The notes under the pieces were generated by a model, which worked only from the letters and a program-made list of their open reading frames with translations, ran no database searches and was not told the origin of the DNA. Position numbers and translations under genes: made by a program. Shown here in pieces: positions 49,153 through 58,627 of a DNA stretch of 64,000 bases (its first letter is position 1; each line of letters begins with the position of its first letter). Source of the DNA: Oscillospiraceae bacterium (GTDB taxonomy: Bacteria; Bacillota; Clostridia; Oscillospirales; Ruminococcaceae); contig JAZKZL010000324.1 in assembly GCA_045612645.1 (NCBI GenBank), positions 368-64,367 of the forward strand. The letters are read 5' to 3'.

Positions 49153-49623
49153 TTGGACGGTGAAAGCCTTACAAGATATATCGGACTTTTTCACAGCACA
49201 GTATACAGACTTGCATACAGCTATGTGAAGAATGCCGCCGATGCTGAGGATATCACACAGGATGCATTTCTGAAGCTGTATAGATTCCGCGGAGAATTTC
49301 AGGCGGATGAAAACTGCAAGGCGTGGCTCATTCGAGTGACGATCAATCTGTCGAAGAATCTGCTGAGATCGGGTTGGTTTACGAAACGCACCGAGCTTAC
49401 TGAGGACATTCCCTGCGAGGATGAGGAGGATAAGTCGCTGATAGAATATGTGATGAGGCTTCCCGAAAAATACCGTGTCACAATTCATCTGTACTACTAT
49501 GAGGGGTACTCTGTGAAGGAAATTGCGGATATTACGGGAACGTCTGTATCATCGGTGACTACACGGCTCATGCGTGGACGTGAACGATTGAAAGAAATGC
49601 TCTTGAAGGAGGATAAGCAGTGA
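49153..49623 (+). CDS. ECF RNA polymerase sigma factor (SigV/SigW-like)
   Basis: DAEDITQDAFLK, KAWLIRVTIN, LYYYEGYSVKEIA and TRLMRGR motifs; TTG start behind GGAGGTG. Confidence 0.95.
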   Translation: MDGESLTRYIGLFHSTVYRLAYSYVKNAADAEDITQDAFLKLYRFRGEFQADENCKAWLIRVTINLSKNLLRSGWFTKRTELTEDIPCEDEEDKSLIEYVMRLPEKYRVTIHLYYYEGYSVKEIADITGTSVSSVTTRLMRGRERLKEMLLKEDKQ

Positions 49624-50702
49624 AAGAACGTTATAACAGAGCCTTTGACAACATCGCTCCTGTAAAGAGCGATGAGGAGCTGCGCAAGGCAGTTCTGAGA
49701 AAGGCGGAAAATACTATGGAAAAGAAGTTCAACAAGAAAGCAGTAATAATTCCCGTGGCTGCGGTGCTGACAGCAGCTATCGGAGTAGGCGGCGTTGCAG
49801 CGGCAAACAATGCGGAATTCATCAGAAATATATTCGGTGGCAACGAGAGTGTTGCGGCGGAGATACAGAACTATGTTTTCGAGGACAGCGACGAGCATAT
49901 ACGAATGACAGTTGATGAGTATCTTTCCGATGGTCAGTGTACCTACCTCACAGTGCATTATCAGGCGCTTGATGAGGAGGGACAGCAGTGGCTTGCGGAT
50001 AAGAACATTATCGATGACAGCAACGACAACTACTATTCAACTTTGACAATACAACCCATTTTCAAGGAATCTACGGATGCTTTCTATCCTGTAAGCTACA
50101 ACGTTAACACGCAAGAGCTGAGCGAATGCACCACTGAGACAGACAAATATTTCTGCGCTTATTTTGAGGCAGACAGCCGTCACTACGGCACAGAACAGGC
50201 TCGCTTAACCTATATTATATCAGACGGCGTTTCGCGTGCGACCACTTTAGATATCAGCAACAACATGGAGGAAAAATGGTTCGAGCTTAACAGCGAGCAA
50301 AGTCCCAGCGAGTTCTATATCCCCAAATACCTTGTGCTTTCAGAGCTGTCGTTCTCTATCTATGGTGAGAACACAGGCGCATACAAAAATAATTCTAACC
50401 CCGAAAAAGGCTTGTGGAATTTCTACTCGCTCATGACCCATGAGCAAGTAATGGCAGACGCAATTCATGATATCAGCTTTGTGCTTGATGATGGTAGCAT
50501 TTATGAGCTTGAAAACTATTGTTGTCTTGGTTCCGCTGTTGCGCACGAGTATAACCGATACACAGATATCAATATTGCAAGTGGCTGCTTTACAGACCAC
50601 AAATACAATGAGGACAACTTTACTATGGCATTGAACAACCCCGATATCGACAGGATAGTGGGACTTCAGATCGGCGATGCGTATTATGATCTGACAAAAT
50701 GA
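49620..50702 (+). CDS. Membrane-anchored anti-sigma factor (DUF4179-like)
   Basis: GTGA overlap with the sigma gene; short cytoplasmic N-terminus, one TM helix, large extracellular domain. Confidence 0.8.
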   Translation: MKERYNRAFDNIAPVKSDEELRKAVLRKAENTMEKKFNKKAVIIPVAAVLTAAIGVGGVAAANNAEFIRNIFGGNESVAAEIQNYVFEDSDEHIRMTVDEYLSDGQCTYLTVHYQALDEEGQQWLADKNIIDDSNDNYYSTLTIQPIFKESTDAFYPVSYNVNTQELSECTTETDKYFCAYFEADSRHYGTEQARLTYIISDGVSRATTLDISNNMEEKWFELNSEQSPSEFYIPKYLVLSELSFSIYGENTGAYKNNSNPEKGLWNFYSLMTHEQVMADAIHDISFVLDDGSIYELENYCCLGSAVAHEYNRYTDINIASGCFTDHKYNEDNFTMALNNPDIDRIVGLQIGDAYYDLTK

Positions 50703-50715
50703 GTATAGCGCAAAT

Positions 50716-50740
50716 AAAAGGGCGGGAAACCGCCCTTTTT
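50716..50740. terminator. Bidirectional terminator
   Basis: aaaagggcgg-gaaa-ccgccctttt. Confidence 0.85.
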
Positions 50741-51915
50741 CATGTTCGCAATGCATCTACAGGTTTCATTGTAGCAGCCTTATAGGCAGGATAAGCTCCG
50801 AATACAGCGCCTATCACCGCAGCCGCACCACCTGAAAGGAGCAGCGACGTCCAGTTCACCGTGAACGGTACTCCCAGTATCAGACATCCCAGACTTGCAA
50901 GTGTTAGGCCGCCAAGAATACCTGCGGCACTGCCCATTATAGTAAGCAGGATGCTTTCCGTCAGAAACTCACGACAGATATCGGAATTGCGTGCGCCGAT
51001 GGATTTTTTGATACCGATCTCATGCGTACGTTCGCCTACGCTCATCATCATTGTTGTCATCACCGATATTCCTGAGACCACCAGCGAGATACCTGCCACC
51101 AGTGAAAGGGAAAGGGTAACGATGTTCAGAATATCATCCAGCTGTTTTTTCTGAGAAAGAAGATTGTTTACGGTGAATCCGTCGGTGTATCCGCCTGCTG
51201 TATTGAGGGCTTCCTTGACGGAGTTTATCACAGCGCTGTCATCCATGCTGTTTATCTTTACGGCGAGACGGTCATATGTGGAGCGGCCGCACAGCTGCTG
51301 CATCGTGGTGATGGGAATATACATGAATCCCGGCATGATGTTAGTCAGCATAGATTGCAGTCCGCTGAGTCCCGTGCTTGCTATGCCGATGATCTCAAAG
51401 TCGTGGTATTTTCCGCCGAGGAAAAGCGTTACCGTCTTTCCGACTATGTTGCTCCTGCCGTAGGTTTCAAGAGCAAACGCCTCATCCACAACGCATACCT
51501 TTGTCCGTGCGGCGGTATCGGCGGCGGTTATCAGTCTGCCGTGTTTTGCTTCGAGAGAGATAAGGCGGTCGGCGGTCCTGTCCACTCCCCAGACGTAGGT
51601 GTCCAGCCGCCTGCCTATCATTTTTGCTTCGGTCATGGATGCCATCAGGGGCATCACGTCTGTGACTCCTTCCACACTTCGGGCGATGTCGGCGCTTTCA
51701 TCGGTCAGCGTTACGCTGACAGTGTTGTCAGCGGCTTGTACAAGAAGCGTGTCTACGCCCATAGTAACAAGAGTGGAGTTTACCTGCTGTGTTCCAACTG
51801 CACCAACTGTGGAGATCAGCACTACCGAAAGCACTCCGATGGCAATGCCTGACATGGTGAGAAATGTGCGTGTGCGGCAGCGAAGTATATTTATGAGTGA
51901 CCTTTTTATGCTCAT
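50740..51915 (-). CDS. MacB/YknZ-like ABC permease
   Basis: RTFLTMSGIAIGV, SVGERTHEIGIKKSIGA and YPAYKAATMKPVDALR motifs. Confidence 0.92.
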   Translation of the reverse strand: MSIKRSLINILRCRTRTFLTMSGIAIGVLSVVLISTVGAVGTQQVNSTLVTMGVDTLLVQAADNTVSVTLTDESADIARSVEGVTDVMPLMASMTEAKMIGRRLDTYVWGVDRTADRLISLEAKHGRLITAADTAARTKVCVVDEAFALETYGRSNIVGKTVTLFLGGKYHDFEIIGIASTGLSGLQSMLTNIMPGFMYIPITTMQQLCGRSTYDRLAVKINSMDDSAVINSVKEALNTAGGYTDGFTVNNLLSQKKQLDDILNIVTLSLSLVAGISLVVSGISVMTTMMMSVGERTHEIGIKKSIGARNSDICREFLTESILLTIMGSAAGILGGLTLASLGCLILGVPFTVNWTSLLLSGGAAAVIGAVFGAYPAYKAATMKPVDALRT

Positions 51916-52862
51916 GGCTGCTCCAATCTGACAAAACGGCTGTCGGAGATAGCGTCGGGGGAAGTGAATACCTTGTCTTCGGCTGTGATGCCCTTGATGA
52001 CTTCGGTGCCGTCAGAAAACTCCGCGCCTGTGCAGATTCGGCGTTTCACGGCTTTACCGTCAGCATATACATATACAAATTCTCCTGTTTCATCCTGACC
52101 TATAGCTTCATAGGGCAGAACGCAGATGTTTTTTGGCTCGGTGAGCGTGAACTGCACATCGGCAGTGAGTCCTGCTTTCAGGCGCTCATCGTATCTGTCG
52201 GGGAGTATCTGCACATCCACTACCGTTTCAAGCACAGAGCCGATGTAACGATTCCTTGCTGCGCCTGCTATCTTGCTTACGGTTCCTGTAAAGATCGTAT
52301 CGGGATAGGCGGTGAGAGAGAAGCTTGCCTTGCAGCCTTTATCTATCTGTGAAATGTACTGCTCGCCGACGGGAACAGTAAGCACAAGTTGATCGGTGGA
52401 GGCTATCGTGCATATTGCAGAGCCTGCTTCGACCGAAGTGCCGTTGCCTGCAGCGGAGATGACAAGACCGTTTCTGTCTGCGGCGATCTCATCGGGAATG
52501 AGTGACATTGCGGTGGATAGACTGGCAGAGGCTATTGCGAGCTGCGGCAGTTGCCCCAGACTTTCGATAAATGAGGATGTGCCGTTTTTATCTACTATTG
52601 CTACTGTATCTCCGACTTGCACGAGATCGCCTTCGGAAACACAGCTTCTTGCTATCACCAGAGGCAGGGCAGAGGTCACATCGGACTGCCCCATAAATGA
52701 TAATGCGCCGCTGCCGTTCAGACTTGCTGCATAGCTTACAGTTTTTGCAGATATGACCTCTGCAGCAGGGGCATTGCCGACAGCGGCAAAAGGCACAGCA
52801 GCGATGATGCCTGTGATGGCGGCAGATATGCTCAGCACCGTAATAATTCTTTTCATTAGCAT
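51912..52862 (-). CDS. Efflux periplasmic-adaptor (HlyD/YknX-like) subunit
   Basis: Lipoyl-like VSEGDLVQVGD; FTGTVSKI, LKAGLTADV and EVIKGI motifs; overlaps the permease start. Confidence 0.85.
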   Translation of the reverse strand: MLMKRIITVLSISAAITGIIAAVPFAAVGNAPAAEVISAKTVSYAASLNGSGALSFMGQSDVTSALPLVIARSCVSEGDLVQVGDTVAIVDKNGTSSFIESLGQLPQLAIASASLSTAMSLIPDEIAADRNGLVISAAGNGTSVEAGSAICTIASTDQLVLTVPVGEQYISQIDKGCKASFSLTAYPDTIFTGTVSKIAGAARNRYIGSVLETVVDVQILPDRYDERLKAGLTADVQFTLTEPKNICVLPYEAIGQDETGEFVYVYADGKAVKRRICTGAEFSDGTEVIKGITAEDKVFTSPDAISDSRFVRLEQP

Positions 52863-53072
52863 CAGATCCTTTCCCGAAAATTACCTTAATATTTTGGCGC
52901 AGGGGGCGGTAATTATTCTTGAAAACGTAAAGTAGACCGTAATTTGTAGGAATTGTGCAAAAGGCCTAAAAATGTTGATATATTTTTGTGTGCTAAAGTG
53001 TTGACAAGAAACTGGTTTAGATATACAATTATATTTGTAGAAATATGATCTTTACTGAGAAAGGAAATAATA

Positions 53073-55892
53073 ATGATCTGTAAGAATTGTAATTCAGTGG
53101 TGGCAGATACCGCAAAATTCTGCGCATCTTGCGGTACACCGGTTGAACAGCCTACTGCTCCCGCTGCGCCTGTTGCACAGGCTGCAGTTTGCCGCAGCTG
53201 TGGAAATCCGTTGGCTGCGGGAATAAAGTTCTGTGCTGTATGTGGTACAGCTGTTGAGGCTCCTGCAGCGTTCCAGCCTGCTGTGCCTGCGCCGCCTGTT
53301 GCTCCTGCAGCACCTATGCCCGTTGAGGTGACTCAGCCTTTTGCTGCTCCTGCGGCACCTGCGCCCGTTGAGGCTTTTCAGCCTGTAAATGATGTAGTTC
53401 CTCAGCCCGTTCAGACAGTTGCGCCTGCAAGCGAGATCCCCCAGCCCGTTCGAGAGGCTGCACCTATTGGCGCAGTGCCTCAGCCTGTTAATGATGTTAT
53501 GCCTGAGCCTGCTAATGCAAGCGCTCCTGTTGTAGGAATGGCAAATGGGTTCGGTCAGGCTCCTGTGGCTCCTGCGTATACAGCGCCTCAGTCAATGGGC
53601 GTTGATATGGACATTGCAGGTATAGATATGGATGCAGCAAGTGTAACCGCTGTAAAGCCTGTTAAGAAGAGCAAGGTTGGACTTTGGATCGGTCTCGGTG
53701 CAGCCGGCGTTGTTGCTGCAGCAGCTGCAGTTGGCGGACTTTGCTTCAGAGGTGTTATCGCAAACCTGTTCATGGGTGATAACAAGTATGCCGCTTCTAT
53801 CGAGGGCAAGGTGTTCGAGGCAGTTACAGAAATAAATACTGAGGATCTGGAAAAGACAGAGGATTTCATATCCGAGTATTTCTCCACCGTGCTTACAGTA
53901 GCAAATTCAACAGCTGGCAGCAACGGATCTTCTGCCGATACTGCTTCTGCTCTGGCAGGAATAGATCTTGAGGATATAATTTCCACATATAATGTTCTTT
54001 TCGTAGAAACATACGGTGCTGACGGTATTACAATGAATCTGGACGCTGATCTTCAGCTTACCGATACCGCATTAAGCGAGATGGGTGCCGATAGTGAGAT
54101 CATCGATATAATCAACGGCTCCAAGCTGACTATGGCATATCAGGCAGGCGAGGATGCGCTCGGTGCAGAGGTAGTACTGACCGATCCCGATGGCTTTGAG
54201 ATTAGCGGCCGCGGCGTGGTAACAAAGGATGGCACTGTGGCTGTTATGCTGCCCTTTGCAACCGATAAGTGCATCAAGATGACTCTTGATACCGATGGAA
54301 ATGTTTCCTCCGTTGAGGAAGTTACTTTCGATCTTGACGCGGCGGAGCTTCACCGCATAAGCGAAGAGCTTATCAATATCTATCTCAAGCACTTTGAACT
54401 GGCAGAGGTCACTGTTCAGAAGGGCAGCATGAAGGCTGCAAAGGTCGAGGCTTCGGGCAGGATCATCATTGCTGAGCTGGATGAGGATCTGCTCGGTGAT
54501 ATGGTCGGCGAAATGATCACCTTTATGGCAGAGGATGAGTATTTCATTGAAAAGTTCGGTGAGTTTATGGAACTTACGGGCGAGGAATTCTCTGAGTCTG
54601 ATCTGAAGGAGGATCTGGAATCCGATCTGGAGGATATCAAGGATGACATCACCTGCACGCTTACTGTTACAACCATGGTAGATAACAACAGCAATCTGCT
54701 TGCTAAGGGCTATTCCATCGAAGGTGATGAAGATGATTTCGGAATTGTGATTGTCGGCGGAGAGGCTGAGCAGGGCTTTGAAATGATAATCGACGAGATG
54801 GAAGTGCTTACTGTAAAGGCTGTACAGGAAAGCGAGACCAACGGTACTGTCGATATCGTTATTGAAGATGTGAATACAGAGATCAACGTTGCTGTGAAAT
54901 ATGAGGATGTTCAGACTGTTCCTTATCTAAATACCGAGACCGTTGTCGGCAAGTATGATATTGAGATCGAAGCAGAGGATGAAACTATCAATTTAGCGGT
55001 TGAAACCTCCGTAGACGGTTCTACAATGAAGGTGGCATACACCGTTGAGGCAAAGGAGCTTGGTACTGTTTCTCTTGCTATGGATATGACTCCCGAAGCG
55101 CTGAACCTGACCGATATTCCCGCAGGCGCTGTTGATTTTTCCAATGCAGACAGCTGGACAGAGGATGAAGCAAAGGCAAATGCCCAGTATATGCTGGATG
55201 CACTGAATGAGATCAAGGCTAAGTGCGATGCAAATACATCCAGCACATTCGCAGGACTTATTGCTCCTCTTACAGAAAGCGGCATAACATATTTTGATGA
55301 TCTGCTGACTCCTATGGCAAGCTATGAAGCGATCACTACTCTCTCTGATGGTATATCCGAGATAATGGTACAGCTCAGCAGCACTTACGATGCAAATTAT
55401 GAGTATGTGTCTGATGCTACATACAACGAGTGCAGTGATCTTTATGATGAGCTGGATGAGCTGTATGATGACGTAGCTTATGAATATGAGATGAAGCTGG
55501 AGACATATAACGAATATTCCGCAAGAGCTTCTGCTCTTAAAGAAAAGGCATCTGAGCTCTGTGAAAAGATCGTAGAAGAGGCTGAAACAGCAAGAGAGCA
55601 GGCTTCTGCTCAGAATGGCTTTGCAGGTATGTGGCAGGCAGCTGAGATCATTCAGGGCAGCGAAGTATCCTCTCCTGATGACTGGGGCTTCAGCAGTTCT
55701 ATTTACATCTTTGAAGATGGATCCTATTACTGGGATTGGAACGGCACTACAACCTACGGCGAGTGGGAATCCGAAGGTGATGTTCTGTATTTCTATGAGG
55801 ATGATGTAATGCAGGAATTTGTACTGTCCGGCAACATCCTGTCCTATGAGGCTGACGGCGGAATAGTTATCAACTACGGAAAGAGCAATTAA
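53073..55892 (+). CDS. Double zinc-ribbon membrane protein with a Pro/Ala linker and a large acidic extracellular region
   Basis: CKNC..FCASCG and CRSCG..FCAVCG; one TM segment; promoter TTGACA-17-TACAAT at 53001-53029. Confidence 0.85.
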   Translation: MICKNCNSVVADTAKFCASCGTPVEQPTAPAAPVAQAAVCRSCGNPLAAGIKFCAVCGTAVEAPAAFQPAVPAPPVAPAAPMPVEVTQPFAAPAAPAPVEAFQPVNDVVPQPVQTVAPASEIPQPVREAAPIGAVPQPVNDVMPEPANASAPVVGMANGFGQAPVAPAYTAPQSMGVDMDIAGIDMDAASVTAVKPVKKSKVGLWIGLGAAGVVAAAAAVGGLCFRGVIANLFMGDNKYAASIEGKVFEAVTEINTEDLEKTEDFISEYFSTVLTVANSTAGSNGSSADTASALAGIDLEDIISTYNVLFVETYGADGITMNLDADLQLTDTALSEMGADSEIIDIINGSKLTMAYQAGEDALGAEVVLTDPDGFEISGRGVVTKDGTVAVMLPFATDKCIKMTLDTDGNVSSVEEVTFDLDAAELHRISEELINIYLKHFELAEVTVQKGSMKAAKVEASGRIIIAELDEDLLGDMVGEMITFMAEDEYFIEKFGEFMELTGEEFSESDLKEDLESDLEDIKDDITCTLTVTTMVDNNSNLLAKGYSIEGDEDDFGIVIVGGEAEQGFEMIIDEMEVLTVKAVQESETNGTVDIVIEDVNTEINVAVKYEDVQTVPYLNTETVVGKYDIEIEAEDETINLAVETSVDGSTMKVAYTVEAKELGTVSLAMDMTPEALNLTDIPAGAVDFSNADSWTEDEAKANAQYMLDALNEIKAKCDANTSSTFAGLIAPLTESGITYFDDLLTPMASYEAITTLSDGISEIMVQLSSTYDANYEYVSDATYNECSDLYDELDELYDDVAYEYEMKLETYNEYSARASALKEKASELCEKIVEEAETAREQASAQNGFAGMWQAAEIIQGSEVSSPDDWGFSSSIYIFEDGSYYWDWNGTTTYGEWESEGDVLYFYEDDVMQEFVLSGNILSYEADGGIVINYGKSN

Positions 55893-55928
55893 TTGATATC
55901 TGAGTAGTGACAACACCATATACTAATT

Positions 55929-55960
55929 ACAGGCTCACGCTAATCCCGTGAGCCTGTTTT
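55929..55960 (+). terminator. Intrinsic terminator
   Basis: acaggctcacg-ctaatcc-cgtgagcctgt plus TTT. Confidence 0.8.
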
Positions 55961-56088
55961 GCGGTGTCAACATTATTTGTAATTCTCTCCATAAATCTAT
56001 TGATTTTTTATCGGTGTTTTGTTATAATTATTATAGATTTTTCATGAAATCGTTTTACCAATATCGTGTATTGAAAGGAAGTATCATC

Positions 56089-57864
56089 ATGTTACCAAAG
56101 ATCGGTATCCGCCCCGTCATTGACGGCAGACAGTTCAGCATCCGTGAGGGGCTGGAAGAGCAGACCATGAACATGGCAAAGGCTGCAGCAGAACTCATTT
56201 CTTCCAAGGTGCGCCACGCAAGCGGCGAGCCTGTTGAGTGCGTTATAGCTGATTCCACCATTGGCGGAATTGCTGAAAGCGCAGCTTGTGCAGACAAGTT
56301 TGCTACAGAAAACGTAGTTGCAACTCTGACAGTTACTCCCTGCTGGTGTTATGTTACTACAGTTATCGACGAAAACCCCAACACTATCAAGGCTATCTGG
56401 GGCTTCAACGGAACAGAGCGTCCCGGTGCGGTGTTCCTTGCAGCGGCAAATTCCGCTTATGCTCAGATCGGTATGCCTTGCTATTCTATTTATGGCCACG
56501 ATGTAAAGGATGCAGATGACAAGACTATTCCTGCAGACGTGGAGGAAAAGCTGCTGCGTTTTGCACGTTGTGCTATAGCTGTCGGCGCTATGAAGAACAA
56601 GAGCTATGTAAATATCGGTGCGGTTTCCATGGGTATTGCAGGCTCCTACTGCAACGAGGATTTCTTCCGCTCTTATCTCGGAATCCATCCCGAGTGGTGT
56701 GATATGTCTGAGATCATCCGCCGTGAGAAGCTGGGTATTTATGATGAAGAGGAGTACAAGAAGGCGCTTGCTTGGATCAAGGAGAAGTGTCCCGAGGGTG
56801 TAGATATCAACCCCACTCCCGGCATGACATATATGCGCCCTGTTCTTTCTGCTAAGGAAAAGGAGGAGAACTGGGAGTTCATCGCAAAGATGACCTGCAT
56901 CATCAGAGATATCCTGCACGGCAACAAGAAGCTGGCAGACAAGGGTTGGCTGGAAGAGGCTAAGGGCAGAAATGCCATCGGCGGCGGCTTCCAGGGTCAG
57001 AGAAACTGGACTGACTTCATGCCTAATGCTGATTTCACAGAGGCTATCCTGAACTCTACATTTGACTGGAACGGCGCACGTCAGCCTATTCCTTTTGCAA
57101 CAGAGAACGACGGACTCAATGGTGTAACACTGATGTTCCTGCATCTGCTGACAGGCAAGGCTGCGGTGTTCGCAGATGTTCGCACATACTGGTCTCCCGA
57201 TGCAGTTGAGAGAGTTACAGGCTGGAAGCCTGAGGGTAAGGCAGCAAACGGCTTTATTCACCTTATCAATAGTGGCGCTGCTGCACTTGATGGCACAGGC
57301 GCAGTTAAGGACGAGAACGGCGAAAGCATCATGAAGGCATGGTGGGATATGACAGACAATGATATCGATGCTTGTCTGAAGGCTACCACATGGCCCTGCG
57401 CAAACCTCGGCTATTTCCGTGGTGGCGGATTCTCTTCCAGCTTCTCCACACAGGGAATCATGCCCTGCACATTTGCGAGAGTTAATCTCGTAAAGGGTCT
57501 CGGTCCGACTATCCAGATCATCGAGGGATATACAGTTGAGCTTCCCGCAGATGTAAACAAGACTCTGCTTGACAGAACTGATCCCACATGGCCCAGCACA
57601 TGGTTTGCTCCCATCTGCACAGAGGGTGCAACAGGCGATGTTTACAGCGTAATGGCTAACTGGGGCGCAAATCACGGTGCGTTTGTATACGGACACATCG
57701 GCGAGGATCTGGTTACTCTCGCAAGCATGCTGAGAATACCTGTATCCATGCACAATATCTCTGACGACCGTCTGTTCAGACCTCACGCATGGTCTGCGTT
57801 CGGTACAAAGGATCTTGAAAGTGCAGATTACAGAGCTTGCGCAGCTTATGGAAGTCTGTATTGA
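56089..57864 (+). CDS. fucI: L-fucose (D-arabinose) isomerase
   Basis: KIGIRPVIDGR, VTPCWCY, GFNGTERPGAV, GFQGQRNWTD, ATEND and WGANH motifs. Start ATG 56089; promoter TTGATT-17-TATAAT at 56000-56028. Confidence 0.97.
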   Translation: MLPKIGIRPVIDGRQFSIREGLEEQTMNMAKAAAELISSKVRHASGEPVECVIADSTIGGIAESAACADKFATENVVATLTVTPCWCYVTTVIDENPNTIKAIWGFNGTERPGAVFLAAANSAYAQIGMPCYSIYGHDVKDADDKTIPADVEEKLLRFARCAIAVGAMKNKSYVNIGAVSMGIAGSYCNEDFFRSYLGIHPEWCDMSEIIRREKLGIYDEEEYKKALAWIKEKCPEGVDINPTPGMTYMRPVLSAKEKEENWEFIAKMTCIIRDILHGNKKLADKGWLEEAKGRNAIGGGFQGQRNWTDFMPNADFTEAILNSTFDWNGARQPIPFATENDGLNGVTLMFLHLLTGKAAVFADVRTYWSPDAVERVTGWKPEGKAANGFIHLINSGAAALDGTGAVKDENGESIMKAWWDMTDNDIDACLKATTWPCANLGYFRGGGFSSSFSTQGIMPCTFARVNLVKGLGPTIQIIEGYTVELPADVNKTLLDRTDPTWPSTWFAPICTEGATGDVYSVMANWGANHGAFVYGHIGEDLVTLASMLRIPVSMHNISDDRLFRPHAWSAFGTKDLESADYRACAAYGSLY

Positions 57865-57934
57865 TAAGTGGTTGATTGCATGATTATATCCGCTTTCCGA
57901 GATAGGGAGGCGGATGCGGATATTTTTGTTTTTC

Positions 57935-57963
57935 TTGACACAGGGAGTCCGATGCTGTATAAT
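57935..57963 (+). promoter_or_regulatory. Consensus SigA promoter
   Basis: TTGACA-17-TATAAT. Confidence 0.85.
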
Positions 57964-57993
57964 TGAAAAATGATAGTAAGGAGGGTGTGCATT

Positions 57994-58509
57994 ATGAGAA
58001 AATTCTTGGCTGGGCTGTTTTTGTTATTGCTGCTTGTTGGCTGTTCCGATAAGGATAGTACCATTGTTTTGGAAACAGAGGCATCCTCAGAAACCGTAAA
58101 AGGTGGAGCGTTTATGGCGCAGCAAGCCATGATTGAGATGCTCGGTGGCGAAGATGGAATATATGATTATCCATACAATTTTGGCGGTGCATATTATGAC
58201 CAATATACAAATAGCTATATAATAATGATCACAAATGATGATCTTGTTCCATATAAGACAATCACAGACAGATATAATGCTGTGGAATTTGTGCAAGCTG
58301 AGTATTCTATGATAGAGCTCGAAAGAATACGGGATGAATTTCTTGCGGCACACCCTGAGATAGAGTGCGAAGATACAAATATACAGTTTGATACCAACAT
58401 GGTATTTATCGCATTACATCCATTATATTATGATGAAAATATCCAAGAACTTCAACCGCTGGTTAAAGAACTGCCGATAGAGTTTAAAAGGAATGAGTGG
58501 GTATTCTAA
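57994..58509 (+). CDS. Lipoprotein homologous to the pro-domain of the downstream protease
   Basis: Lipobox LLVGC; AGGAGG RBS; the mature part aligns by eye with the N-terminal region of 58628-59791. Confidence 0.75.
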   Translation: MRKFLAGLFLLLLLVGCSDKDSTIVLETEASSETVKGGAFMAQQAMIEMLGGEDGIYDYPYNFGGAYYDQYTNSYIIMITNDDLVPYKTITDRYNAVEFVQAEYSMIELERIRDEFLAAHPEIECEDTNIQFDTNMVFIALHPLYYDENIQELQPLVKELPIEFKRNEWVF

Positions 58510-58627
58510 AGTTCATACAAAATGGATGTCGTTTTATTGTTGGTATTTACCATTGAATTTTGTGACAAAAAATAGTATTATAAATATGACATCAATTTGA
58601 TGTGATATAATTGTTGGAGGTATCAAT

